From the NCBI GenBank assembly GCA_000092065.1, contig CP000585.1: 64,000 nucleotides of DNA. One strand, written 5' to 3'. Made by a program: the position numbers and the translations under genes. The notes below the pieces were generated by a model, which worked only from the letters and a program-made list of their open reading frames with translations, was not told where the DNA came from and ran no database searches. This document shows positions 32,021-44,300 of this stretch, piece after piece. Position 1 is the stretch's first letter. Every line of letters starts with the position of its first letter. The stretch is from Ostreococcus lucimarinus (lineage: Eukaryota).

Positions 32021-32653
32021 TCACCGTCGCTCATCACGACGCTCGGAATCGTCGCGGTGGAAATCCCGACTTCGACTTCTACTACGGCTTCGACGCCGCT
32101 CGCGACGCTTCTCCTTCTTCCTTCGCCGCCGTCGACGCTCCGACGCCGAATCTGACGATTCCGAACTCGAATCACTATCATCGCTCGAATCACGTCCTCG
32201 TCGTTTCTTCTTTCTCGACGACTTTTTCCGTCCTCGCCTTCGTTCGTCGTCTTCGTCTTCGTCGCTCCGCGCGTCTCGTCTCCGCCTCGACCCTTTACCC
32301 TTCCTTCCCTCCCCGCTCGTCGACGTCAGCGGCGGTAACCCCAACGCCGCGCGCATCGCCGCCTCCTCCGCCGCTTTCACGCGCGCGAACTCGCTCGCGG
32401 TCGATTTTTCATCCTCCGTCTCCTTGTCCCTGTTGTACCAGTACACGTCTTTGCCTTTGCACCACCTCCCCGTCGTCGCCTTGACGCTGTGCCCCAGGTA
32501 GAACTCGCGATCGGCGCTTTCCTTGACGTCGTTCCACGAGAACTGATCGCGGCCGCCGCGCGTGCCGCCGCGCGCCGGCCCTTCGGCCATTCGCGTCGCG
32601 TTTTGAGGTTTGTCCCAAAACAGCGCGCGCTTTTCGGCTCTTCGGGACGCCAC
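32021..32653 (-). CDS. MMTAG2: MMTAG2-like protein (multiple myeloma tumour-associated protein 2 homologue)
   Basis: GGTRGGRDQFSWNDVKESADREFYLGHSVKATTGRWCKGKDVYWY matches human [45 protein letters not shown]. Arg/Ser/Asp/Lys-rich tail. Confidence 0.7.
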   Translation of the reverse strand: MASRRAEKRALFWDKPQNATRMAEGPARGGTRGGRDQFSWNDVKESADREFYLGHSVKATTGRWCKGKDVYWYNRDKETEDEKSTASEFARVKAAEEAAMRAALGLPPLTSTSGEGRKGKGSRRRRDARSDEDEDDERRRGRKKSSRKKKRRGRDSSDDSDSSSESSDSASERRRRRRKKEKRRERRRSRSRSRSRDFHRDDSERRDERR

Positions 32654-32755
32654 ATCGCGCGTCGTCGCCGGTCGATGTCGCGCGCGCTCGCGGTCTCGAT
32701 CGCGCCGAGCGACAGCGCGCGTCGCGCGCGATCGCGGACGCGAGAGAGAGGCGCG

Positions 32756-33997
32756 ATGACGCGCGCGGCGGCGGCGGTGGCGCCGTTTGAGTTTCAGACG
32801 GCGACGAGGATGGTTTTCGGGAGGGACGCGCTCGAGCGCGTCCCGGCGCTCGTGCGCGAGCTCGCGACGTTAGAGGGCGTGGACGTGGAAAAGAATCCGG
32901 TGTTCATCGTCGCCGGGGAGTCGACGCGGTTTTCAGAGCGACTGGAGCGATTGTTGAGGGAGGGCGGCGTCGGCGGGACGACGCGGACGTTTCACTGCCC
33001 TCGCGGCGAACCGACGGTGGCGAGCGCGCTCAGCGCGACGGAAGCGGCGGTGGAAAGCGATTGTGGAATCGTCATCGCGATCGGTGGTGGGACTCCGGTG
33101 GACACGGCGAAGTGCGTGGCGGCGATGATTACGAACCGGCGACCCGGCGAAAATCCGGATTTGTACGAGTATCTCGAAGTCGTCGGACGCGCGCAGCCGC
33201 TGACGAAGCGCACGGCACCGTTCATCGCGATTCCCACCACAGCTGGACCGGGGGCAGAGGTGGCGAAAAACTCCGTTCTCGAGGCGGGTGATCGTAAGGT
33301 GTCGATGCGGCATCCATTCATGCTGCCGTCGGTGGCGGTGATAGATCCGATGTTGACGCTGAGTCTGCCGCGCGCGGTGACGGTGGACACTGGACTGGAC
33401 GCGCTCACGCAGTGCATCGAGCCGTACGTGTGTTGCGTGCCGAATCCGATGATTGATGCGATTTCCATGGCTGGCATCGTCGCCGGCGCTGGCGCGCTTC
33501 GCCGCGTCGTGGACGACGGCTCAGACATCGACGCGCGCGAGCAAATGTGCCTGTGCTCGTACTACGGCGGCTTGTCCTTGGCGAACGCCAAGCTCGGCGC
33601 CGTACACGGGTTCAGCGGAACGCTAGGTGGTTTACTACACGCGCCGCACGGCGCGATCTGCGCATCGCTGCTGCCGCACTCGTGGACGATTAACATCGCC
33701 GCGTTGGAGGGGCGCGTCGCCGCCGAAGATCCGGCGCTCGCCGCGCGCGCGCTCGAGCGATACGCGCAAGTCGCGCGCGCGATCACGGGGAACGCAGACG
33801 CCACGGTGCAAGACGGTATCGCGTGGATCGTCGATCTGTGCGAATACTGCGGCGTACCGGGATTGGGAAGCCTCGGATTGAAGGAATCCGATTTCGCCTC
33901 CGTCGTGGAGAAGTCAAAACAGAGTTCGTCCATGAAGGGCAACTGCGTGGCGCTGAACGACGCCGAGCTCACGGCGATGCTCAAACTCGCGATGTGA
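32756..33997 (+). CDS. iron-containing (group III) alcohol dehydrogenase family protein
   Basis: ORF 32489..33997. Conservative start MTRAAAAVAPFEF (ATG 32756). Alternative ATG at 32675 would add a presequence-like MSRALAVSIAPSD. Motifs GGGTPVDTAKCVAAM and HGFSGTLGGLLHAPHG. Confidence 0.75.
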   Translation: MTRAAAAVAPFEFQTATRMVFGRDALERVPALVRELATLEGVDVEKNPVFIVAGESTRFSERLERLLREGGVGGTTRTFHCPRGEPTVASALSATEAAVESDCGIVIAIGGGTPVDTAKCVAAMITNRRPGENPDLYEYLEVVGRAQPLTKRTAPFIAIPTTAGPGAEVAKNSVLEAGDRKVSMRHPFMLPSVAVIDPMLTLSLPRAVTVDTGLDALTQCIEPYVCCVPNPMIDAISMAGIVAGAGALRRVVDDGSDIDAREQMCLCSYYGGLSLANAKLGAVHGFSGTLGGLLHAPHGAICASLLPHSWTINIAALEGRVAAEDPALAARALERYAQVARAITGNADATVQDGIAWIVDLCEYCGVPGLGSLGLKESDFASVVEKSKQSSSMKGNCVALNDAELTAMLKLAM

Positions 33998-34043
33998 TCT
34001 CGACGCGCGACGACCATCTATTGTTTTTGATCACTACTGTACA

Positions 34044-34149
34044 CGCGCTACAATTTAGCTACCCACGCGTCGACGGCGGCGCTTCGACCGCGCCTACGCG
34101 CGCTACAATTTAGCTACCCACGCGTCGACGGCGGCGCTTCGACCGCGCC
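34044..34149. repeat. tandem duplication (2 x 51 bp, 4-bp spacer) covering the 3' end and stop of the 34103..34777 ORF
   Basis: cgcgctacaatttagctacccacgcgtcgacggcggcgcttcgaccgcgcc occurs at 34044..34094 and again at 34099..34149. Confidence 0.85.
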
Positions 34150-34777
34150 GCCACGCGTCGTCGTCCTCCTTCGACTTGTCCACGCGCAAACTCTCCGCCG
34201 CGCGCGTCCATCCAAACCGTCTCAAAGCCGCGTCCACGGCCAACCCCACGGCGTTACAATCCTCGACCACGCTTTGATTACTCCGATACGCCGCGCGATC
34301 GCCGATGATGTCGCAATCCCCGACCATCGCCGTCGCGTACCTCCGCCCGCGCGCGTCGCCCGCGCCGTCGCCGTTTCGCGCCTTCGCCTCCCTCAAAATC
34401 ATCTTCACCGCGTCCCGCGCCTCCGCCGCCGGTTCGTCGCCCTCCGCCGTCTCCACCACGAACACCACCGTCGCCTCTTCCTCCGTCGCCGCGTCCATCG
34501 CGCGTCTCGTCGCCGTCACCGCGCACGACGCCACCTCCGCGCGTCGTCCCGCGCCCTTCCTCGTCCACGCCGTCGCCACCATCGCGCTCATCTCCCGTCC
34601 CAGCGCGCCGCCGAGGCACACCACGCGCATCGCGTCTTCGCCGTCGCCGTCGCGCGTCGTCGCGCGTCGCGCGCGTCGTCGCGCGCGTCGCGCGATCGCG
34701 TCGAGCACCGCGTCGACGCACGCGCGCAGCGACCGCGCGACGTCCCAGAGCGCGTGCGCGCGCGTCGCGCGCGGCAT
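34103..34777 (-). CDS. hypothetical protein (no family recognised)
   Basis: 224-aa ORF. Its last 15 codons plus the stop are tandemly duplicated just downstream. Confidence 0.3.
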   Translation of the reverse strand: MPRATRAHALWDVARSLRACVDAVLDAIARRARRRARRATTRDGDGEDAMRVVCLGGALGREMSAMVATAWTRKGAGRRAEVASCAVTATRRAMDAATEEEATVVFVVETAEGDEPAAEARDAVKMILREAKARNGDGAGDARGRRYATAMVGDCDIIGDRAAYRSNQSVVEDCNAVGLAVDAALRRFGWTRAAESLRVDKSKEDDDAWRRGRSAAVDAWVAKL

Positions 34778-34792
34778 GCGCGCGCGGATGGC

Positions 34793-34908
34793 GATCGATC
34801 CGCGTCAGCGCGCCGTCGACGCGCGCGTATGCGCAAACAGTCACGGGTCGATCGATCCGCGTCAGCACGCGGCGTCGACGTGTGCGCAAACAGTCACGGG
34901 TCGATCGA
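34793..34908. repeat. tandem direct repeat, 2 x about 58 bp
   Basis: Unit gatcgatccgcgtcagcgcgccgtcgacg...gcgcaaacagtcacgggtc. Two adjacent near-identical copies. Confidence 0.8.
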
Positions 34909-34939
34909 CATCTCGAAATCGCCGCGGCGCTACAGTGGA

Positions 34940-35137
34940 CCCGCTTTGAAGGGTGACGAATCGCCATGTAGCGCCGCGCGATTGCACGCTAAAATCGATA
35001 TAGTGTTGGACCGACCGCGACCGACCGACGGGGCGCGACGGCGCGCGCGCGCGCGAGAACCCGCTTTGAAGGGTGACGAATCGCCATGTAGCGCCGCGCG
35101 ATTGAGCTAAAATCGATATAGTGTTGGACCGATCGCG
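34940..35137. repeat. direct repeat, 2 x about 85 bp with 120-bp period, containing an AT-richer core taaaatcgatatagtgttggacc
   Basis: cccgctttgaagggtgacgaatcgccatgtagcgccgcgcgattg..c.taaaatcgatatagtgttggaccga.cgcgac at 34940.. and 35060.. Confidence 0.85.
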
Positions 35138-35189
35138 ACGGCGCGACGGCGCGCGCGCGCGCGCGAGACGCGCGCGCGCGAGCGATCGC

Positions 35190-35300
35190 GACGCGAGACG
35201 CGGGAGACGATGCGGGAGACGTCGCGACGCGAGACGCGGGAGACGACGCGGGCGACGACGCGGGAGACGACGCGACGCGAGACGCGCGACGCGAGGCGCG
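35190..35300. repeat. degenerate 12-mer tandem array (GACGCGGGAGAC-like) in the 5' leader of the giant gene
   Basis: cgcgagacgcgggagacgatgcgggagacgtcgcgacgcgagacgcgggagacgacgcgggcgacgacgcgggagacgacgcgacgcgagacg. The ORF track reads it as a fake RETSRRETRETTRATTRETTRRE N-terminus. Confidence 0.75.
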
Positions 35301-35323
35301 AACGTCGAGGAGGGCACGGGACG

Positions 35324-38300
35324 ATGCGGCGATGGCGATGCGTCGACGCCGTGGTCGTCGGCGCGGCGTTGATGTTGATGGCGACGGTGACGTCGGCGTT
35401 GTCGGCGCGCGGCGCGGGCGCGCACCGCGATGCGGAGGGCGAAGGCGATGTCGGCGGCGTCGTCGACGACGCGGCGGACGCGAGCCGCGGCGCGAACGAG
35501 ACGGCGGGGAACGACGCGACGGCCGCGCTCGGCTGGGGATGCGACGAGACGCTCCGAGGGTGGAGAGACGAAGGGTATCGAGGGTGCCAGACGAGGACGA
35601 GGAACGGTCGCACGTGTCAGCAGTGGGATTCGCAGTCGCCCCACGGGCACTCGAGACGAAACTGCGCCAAGGGCTCGTGCGGGCGCGGGAACAACTACTG
35701 CAGAAATCCTGACGGCGAACCCACGATCTGGTGCTACACGACGAACAGAAACGTACGCTGGGAGTATTGCGATCCGTTACCTCAACCGGTGCATTGTGCG
35801 GGACGTTGGGGTTCGTACACGTCGTGCGACGCCTTGTGCGGGAGCGGACGCAAATACAAGACATACACGGTGACCAGAAACGCACAGCACGGCGGCCGCT
35901 CGTGCAGTTATAGCAACGGGGCCAAACACTATGCAGATTGTACCACCTCGTGCGCCGCTCCGACGGTTTCCATCGGTAATCCGTTGACGCGCGTGGCGTC
36001 AAACACTGTTGATTTCGGTCTCTCGGTGAAACACTCCGTGGCGTGCGGCGGCGATTGTCTAACGTCAGCTTGGTCGAGGCGATGGATGGTTAAAATCTTC
36101 GCGACGGTCAGAAAAGACGGCGTTTCGTGTTCATCCTACGGCGCATATCTCCCTTGCAAGCGCTGGGACGATTTTCGAGACGACACGACGCACCCATCCC
36201 AGTTACTGGGATTGACCACGGACACGGGCGCGCTCGATCCGGGAACGTACGTGATCGAGTACGTGGCCGTCTTGAATCACTACATCACGAAGCAAGAGCT
36301 GTCGCGCACGACAGGGACGCACACTTTCTCCATCGAGCGCGGTTGCGAATCGATTTTACCTTCGGCGTCGTCGGACAGCGGCGTGGAAAACTCTGAACTC
36401 ACCAAGTACGTCCTGTTGTCGGCGGATGATTTCGTCCGCGCGCCGTGCGACAAACTTCACGACGTGCGGGAATCGATCTTTCGCAAGTACGACACCAATC
36501 CAACCGACGGCGTACTCGATTACGACGAGCTCGACCGCGCGATTCGCGAACAAGGTGGAGACGGGTACATCTTGAAAGTGTGGAACCAGATTCGCCCGCT
36601 TCGTCTGTCGCTCGGCCACTTCATGGAGGCGATCGTCGCGCCGCACACGTGCGCGTCGTCTGAAAGCGTGCAGTCCGTATCTTTTAAGAGCGTCGTGTAT
36701 CCGTCGACCGAGGCTGGTCGAGAGACGACGCGTAAGGATTGCGCGAAAAACGCCGGAGCGATGGCTGTGGACTGGGGGTACGGACCTAAAAATCCACCTA
36801 AGTCGGGAGACACTGTGTGCGTCTTTGTGGACGGCGTCTTGTTTCAAGTCAACGAGCCGAAAAACACAGCGCCGCCGCACAGTAAGGATCATCACTCCGA
36901 GGTGGCTGGACTGTGGACCCTGACAAAAATTACCGATAAGCGACCCGTCGTGGGTGCGATCGGGGACGTGCAACCGTCTCTCGTCGCGCAGTTCACCTTT
37001 GACACCGAGCGCGAGATTGGAGACACCGTCAGAAGCGATCGCATTTTCTCCGCGGCGCCGCTCGCCTCGGGAGAAAAGGCTAGACCGTACATTTCGTATT
37101 CAGGTCAGCATATATCCGCGTGCTCGGGAGCGTCCGGTGGTCAGTGCATCGTAGCACGCGGAGACGGTTTTAACTACGTCGGCGATTCACTCGGCGGCGC
37201 CGTCGCGTTTTCAGCTTGGGTCAGGGTCGCGGAGAGCTCGGCGACGACGTTGATTGAATTCAGCGGTACGGATGGACAACTGAGGAATTCTTTCACGTTG
37301 GTCATGGACTGTTCTTCATCCGCGTGTACGCTGCGCGCGTCGTACGATTCTGTCGGAACTGGTGGCAATCTCGCAAAGAAAGAAATTTCGGCGCCAATGC
37401 GTCAGTGGGTGCTCGTGGGTTTCACGCTCAGCCATAACGCCGGCTTGAAACTGTTCGCATTGCCGGACGATTCGACGTCGACGACGACTGCGAGTCACCC
37501 CTCGTGGCCGAAAGACACGCTTCCAAAACTTCCAAACATCAAGCTCTTCTCAGCGTCGAGGGGCGGTGGTCAGCAGCACATCGACGACGTTCGATTGTAC
37601 GCCGGCGTCATGGACATGGAAATGTTTTTCATCGCGCGCGACTGCGGACGAGGCACGTTGTGCGCAATGCGCGCGCACGCGACTCCTTCGCATCGCCGCG
37701 TCGTCTGCGTGTTCACGCAAGTCAAGGGCGCGAAGACGGGACAGCCTGCGTGCGCCGGCGCGTTGTACTACGACGGAACGGCGATCGACGTACGCGCATC
37801 GATGGATCTCGCTGGAGTCTTTTTTGAGTTTCGAGACACCGCCTGGGAAGAAAAGTCGTTTGAAATCGAGCGTAGAGCGCCGGCGGTCAACGGTAACTTT
37901 GACTCCAAATTTGATACCGTCGTTCTGATTGAAGGCGGGTTGAAGGGCTGCGCCGCAAAGTTCAGCTCCATCACATACATAGATAGGGATGCCTCGTACA
38001 CGCCCTACTCCGAATGGCTGTATCGCATCACGACGAAGAATCCGGATTCAGACGACGCAAATGAGATAACGTACTTGTTGTCTCCCCAGCTCACTTTCCG
38101 CACGCCTTGGATGTCGCAGATCGAGGGACGCGTGCTGGCCGGCGCGTCCACTGAGGGAGTTCGAAACGTGCGAATGTGTGCAGAATTCGACACATTCGTG
38201 ACGCGCACGCCGGCGACTGAAGATTTTCAAGCTGACGTTGAGTATGAGAATCTCGCCGCTTTCAAAAGTGTGACGCATTCAAACAGAGCTCAAACGTCTA

Positions 38301-41300
38301 CGTCATACGTCGTCACGGATGGCGATGATGCGGGCAAAAGCAGCAACGTCGACGCTAACGAGCACATACGAATCAATCTCGGCAGTTGGGCATCCGTGTC
38401 GACTGTGGAGGTGTGCCATAAACGTCTGGAATCATCGGCGACGTCGATGTTCAGCGCGCACGTCCAAGATTACGACCCGGGTAAAAGTACTTACTTTGGA
38501 CACGATTGTTTGATGGACTCGGTGAGGGACGTGTGCGACGAGACGCTCCGAGGCCAGGGAGGCATAGGGTATCGAGGGTGCCAGACGAAGACGAGGAGCG
38601 GCCGCACGTGTCAGCAGTGGGATTCGCAGTCGCCCCACGGGCACTCGAACCGAAATTGCGCCAAGGGCTCGTGCGGGAACAACTACTGCAGAAATCCTGA
38701 CGGCGCACCCACGATCTGGTGCTACACGACGGACAGATACAAACGCTGGGAGTATTGCGATCCGGATCCGTTACCACACGCGTGTTTGACGTACACGTGT
38801 AAAGGCACCGACGTGAATTCGTTTCACGGACAGTACGTCACCGTGAAAGCCCTGACGAAGGCTCAAGTGACGGAAATCAAGGTCAACGGTCGCAAGACGA
38901 AATGCAAGTACACCGCGGTCACCGACGATGACGGCGAATACGCGATGGATCTCAAAGACACCTCAGGCAAGCTTCCGGTGAAAGCGACGCTGCACATCGG
39001 GGCTTACAAGGAGGAAATTTTCCCTGAAACTACGGAAGTCTTGATTGACTCAAAGAGGAACGCTCAAGGACAGTACCCGGTCCCGAAGAGTCAGGCGCAC
39101 AACGTGTTGCTCATTCTTCGAGAGAATTTCGAAACCTCCGAGCTTGGAATGCTTCGAAACGACAGGCGAACCGAAACCACGTCTTCGCCGCACGCGTCGG
39201 CGAATGGAGTTTACGTGGACGAATTTGCAGCTATGCAAGAGCTCGGATACGACGAGTTTGAAAACGCTGATGAATTTGAAAACGGTTTGCAAAACGACCA
39301 AACAGAGTACGATGTCCATCACGATGGCGGAAATGAGACGGCGGGGAACAACACGACGGCCGCGCTCGGCTGGGGATGCGACGAGACGCTCCGAGGGTGG
39401 AGACACGAAGGGTATCGAGGGTGCCAGACGAGGACGAGGAGCGGTCGCACGTGTCAGCAGTGGGATTCGCAGTCGCCCCACAGGCACTCGAGACGAAACT
39501 GCGCCAAGGGCTCGTGCGGGAACAACTACTGCAGAAATCCTGACGGCGAACCCACGATCTGGTGCTACACGACGGACAGACGCAAACGCTGGGAGTATTG
39601 CAATCCGTTACCTCAACCAGTAAACTGCTACGGTTATTGGGGACAGTGGTCGAATGAGTGTACTCCAACTTGCACGAGCGGCCGACGTTACAGATGGAGG
39701 TACTACAGAATCTCGAGATATCCTAGGCATGGCGGTCTGAGTTGCTCGTACAAAAACGGGCAAAAGGGCTGGGGGTACTGTCCGCCGAAACCGTGTCCAG
39801 TGAATTGTGATGGCAGGTTTGGATCGTGGTCGACGTGTAGTGCGAAGTGTGGTTGGGGCAAGAGACAAAAGACGTTCACAATACACACAGCAGCGGCACA
39901 CGGCGGCCAATCGTGTAGTCACAAGAACGGGTACACGGTAACCGAAAACTGTTATTCCCAACACTGTCCGCCACCCCCGCCGCCACCCCCGCCACCAGGC
40001 GCCGCCGAGGTGGAGGAATTCATCGAGTGGGTGCTTTTGAAGGGCGTCGAATCAAATCGAAAAGGGCATGTCGAAAGGACGCTAACAGGGTCAGGATGGA
40101 CGGCGGGTGCTGTGAGTAAACGCGCCATTCGTGGAGCATCCGATACCGTTCGAGGCGTCTCCGCCGTGTGCAAAGAGTCGACGAGCCAACACAGGATGAT
40201 TGCGATGAATTCACAGTCGACTGCGGATTCCACCTCTTACCAAAGTCTTGATTTCGCAATTTACTGTTTTCCTTGGAACTCGGTGAGTTATGTACGAGTC
40301 TATGAGAGAGGCAAAGCTTTTGGGAATGCTGCAAAGGCGTATAGTGAGAGCGCCGTCGTTCAGATCGCGCTCAACGATGCCGGCAAGGTGGAGTATTTCG
40401 TGGACGGTTTGAAGCTCATGACGAGCGATCAGACGGTGACGTATCCACTTCACGTTGATGTGAGCCTACACGAACAAGGCGCGTCGCTGGAGGATGTGCG
40501 CTGGACTAGGAGAGTCTCGTCACCTCCGCCCTCACCTCCACCTTCGCCGCCTCCGTCCCCTCCGCCTTCGCCGCCTCCGCCCCCTCCGCCTTCCCCGCCT
40601 CCGCCGAATCACGAACTCGAGGACGTTGATTTCGACGGATCGGGTAATGTGATGCGGAGCGAGTTGGTCGACTACATTGAAGCTATCACAATATCGTCCG
40701 AAGGTGGCCACGTCATCATTACGGACGATGTATGGGCGAAGCTCGATCGGGATGAAGACGGCGTGCTCGACGCGACTGAATTTAAGGACGTTGTGAACCG
40801 TATCGAGGCGCAACAGTTGGTCGTGGAGCCAATCATCGTGTTCCCACTTCAAGATGCCCAGTACATGTACGATTTCAGCATGTTTCAGACGTCTGACGAC
40901 GCTGCAAATAGCGGCCCGCGCACGGGCCACGTGCTAGAAGGCGGCGAATCGTGTGAAAATTTGATGATTGTGAGAAGTCGCTCCGCCACTCTGCCGTTCG
41001 GAAACGCTCAATGGACAAAATTTTACGAGACATTGCGAGACGAGCAACACCGTTTCGAGTGCAGAAATCTGAGTAAAATCGAGGTTCCAGCAATCGACGT
41101 CGGCGCGGTGGACAGCACGTACGTCATACCCGTGCTCGCGCACAAGAACGGCACGAATTACCTCATACTCGACACCACGTCCGTCGCGGTGCATACGTCG
41201 AACGAGACGAAAGCGTTGGATATGATGCATCGAATGACTCGAGATAACTTTCGTCTGCGCGTTCAAGCCCAAAAGCGGCTTCCGGATATCTTGCACAGCT

Positions 41301-44300
41301 TTAACAAGCCTCCCGTGCCGCGGGGTGCGTTGCCCGAGGCGCCGAGTGACGAGGAAATCGTCGAACAGGTATTTTCAGATCAAGTGGCGTTGGATAGGGT
41401 CACTTTATCAGTCAAGCATAAACGCGTCGAAGAGAAAGACTTTACGGATGACACGACAGTTATCGTAAACGGTGCCGTACTGTTCCCCAGGGATCTCGTC
41501 GAACAATCCAACGACTGCGGACTCTTCAAGGCGACTATTGAAGTATTCGAACCCGAAGGAGAAGTTGAGGAATACCATACGGATGAGCGAGGCTTCTTCA
41601 AGTTTGCTCTCACTCGTGGGAAAACGTTCAACATACGCCCAAAATACAAGAATCACACGATATGCTACGCTGGCAAAACCATAGAGAACGCTGTCGAAGA
41701 CGTGCACACATGCAAAGGACGCAGCGTGGTCAAGACGCTTCCAAACGTTCAAGATGGCAACTTTGTATTTTTCACCGACGTCACGCGAGGTGTCATCGAC
41801 CTTGGACTATACCACGGAGAGTGTGAACGGCGATACAGCGGTGCTGTGTTTAAGATCACGCCGATCAATGGATGCCACGCTCCAAAGTTTGTGAAGAGCG
41901 AAGAAGTTGAAGGGTGGAATGTCGCAAACACCGGGATGAGTGAGGACGCTAAATTTTGGCCGTTCGCCGCCATGGATTACTCGATCAAGCTCGTGTCGGG
42001 GCCTGACGTGAATGGCATCCAACCGTTGATTGAGAATGAGCCGTGGGCGGACGGATGTGGTACGGAGCCTGGCTCGATGGTGGCTTTCTTTCGATCACGA
42101 AACGCCCATGAACGAATGGCGGCCATGCGCGACGACTACGATTTGGTGACAATTCGGTACAAGTATCACGGCTACATTTGCGTTGAGATCGTGGACATTC
42201 CCAAAATACGAGATCCATTGGAAGTCTGTTACGATCCAAACGAAGCGGACGGTAATCTCACGATTCAACATTTCCTCGGAACTACGACTTCCGAAGATTT
42301 GGGCAGCGTGAGCGGTCAGATTCTTCTCCAAGCGAAAGTGTTCGAATTGCATCTTGATCAAGTCGACGGCGAGCCTGTGCTTTCAAAATGCTTTGAAGCG
42401 TTACCTAACAAGGAAGCTCAGACGGGCAGCACTCTGCTCAGTTTCAGACAGTCGGTCACCGATGAAGACGACAATGAGTGCCATCCAAACCGAGGCGGCG
42501 GACCACTGTGTGATTTTGACACGACGATCGAGCCTGCGTCCGAACTCGTCATTTGGAATACAGACGGTGATACCAGCGTGGAGGTCGTCGCTGGTACGCC
42601 TAATCTCGCCGGTAATCATCGACGAACTGTGGAATTCACCATCAAGCGCTTCGATACGTACAAACTCGTCACCGCGTACGCAAAGCGTGAGCTCATACCT
42701 CTGGGCTCGAAACCTCGAGGAGAAGGGCTCTTCGGACCGGACAGTGACGATGTCTACTGGGCGACTGTGCCTTTGGAGGGTTTGGTCTACACCGTCGTGC
42801 ACGATCCACCCGGTGGTCTCTCGTACGCGGAATTATCGACGGGCTCTCAAATTGGACTTCAGTTTGACTTGGTTGGGAAACGTATGGCGAGCGAGGGCAA
42901 AGGTGGGGCGTCGAAGAAACAACTTCCCGAAATCGATAAGTCCGTCGATGTTGGTTTCAACGCCGGATGGATCGCCGAAGGTTCTTTGTCGACGGACCTG
43001 CATTTGATCTCGTCAAAAGGCGAGTTCAAAACTAAAACGGATGGTCCAACGATGCGTATAACGAGCAAAGAAGACAAGGGGTGGAGTCTCGAAACCACGA
43101 CAGAACGAACGATTCGTTCGAGCAAGGACGCAGGTACTCCTGGGAGAGCAGGCGATGTCATTCTCGGCGGTGGTATCGAGCTCGTGTACAAAATATCGGA
43201 CATCTTGGATGTCGTAAACGATGTTCGAACACTCAAAAAGCCTTGCTTGTACGTGTATGGCGAAATCACGTGGTTACCGCGAAAGCCGACGTCGTACATC
43301 ATGAGCGTCGCGTCGATCGAGACACAAGTCATGCCTAATCTGTACTACTTGCGAACGTTGGTGCAGGAAGGTGGCATCGAAGCAGACGGGTCGGAAATGT
43401 TTTATGACTGCGCTTCCGGCGCGACGAGTAAAGAAATGACCAAGTGCACGAAAGAGGATCAAATCGAAGCTTGGATGCAATATCTCGACAACAAGATTGA
43501 CCTTTGGCGTCGAACACTTGAATGGTCTTCTCCGAAAGTGTTCACCATCGATGAGGGTGGTGTGAAGACGAAGTTTTACGAAGCCATCGAGAGAATCACA
43601 AAACCGGCGTCTGATGGTGGTTTTATGCACACGAACTACAAAGTCCAGGTGGAACAATTCAAGAAGGCGTACGCCAGACCGATTAAGGATATTATCGAAG
43701 AGGTCGGCAGTGCTTGGGATTCAAGTTTCTTCATGATGCCTTTCAACGGTATCGGCCCACCACCGTTTTTTGACGACCCGAGAGTAATTGGTGGCGTGGA
43801 TTGGATGCTTGATTCGCGGTACTGGGAGTATGGTAAAGGCGACACAGCTACGTACAGTAGAATCCGTGGGATTACACCTCGGACGGATTCTGACGCGAGA
43901 ATCGCCGCTTTTGCCTCCTTGGATGCCATTGTCAATACCGGAGGCATCATCGACACGGTGACGAAGAATTTAGACGCGCCGAAGAAACTCGCCGCCCGTC
44001 GCAAGGCGGCTGCCGCCGCTGCTGCTAAGATAAGTAAATCGTATGCTGCTAAGCAAAGGCTATTAAAGGCGGCCTCTAAATGGAAAAGTCTTGCAAAGAA
44101 ACCACCGCCGGGATTCATCACGAGATCCGCCCAAAAGCTCACGGCGGCCAAGAACATGGCCACAAAGGCGGCCAAGACCACAGCCGGACAAGTTGCGGGC
44201 GCCATCTTGCTCAGCGCGGCGGTAGCGGGCGCAGTCGCAGCTGGCCCGGCGATGGATCAGATGGGCTACAAGTATGCCGCCTATCCACGCAAGTATTACG

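Noticed and set aside
35210-35323. N-terminal 38 aa of the 3,874-aa ORF (MRETSRRETRETTRATTRETTRRETRDARRERRGGHGT)
   Set aside because: This is a translation of the GACGCGGGAGAC 12-mer array. The genuine start is the ATG at 35324, followed by a textbook signal peptide.
35507-39606. Possible CRISPR-like array, given the repeated near-identical blocks
   Set aside because: The repeats are 230-270 bp coding kringle modules with unrelated spacers of 0.8-3 kb inside a eukaryotic gene. There is no short direct-repeat/spacer periodicity.
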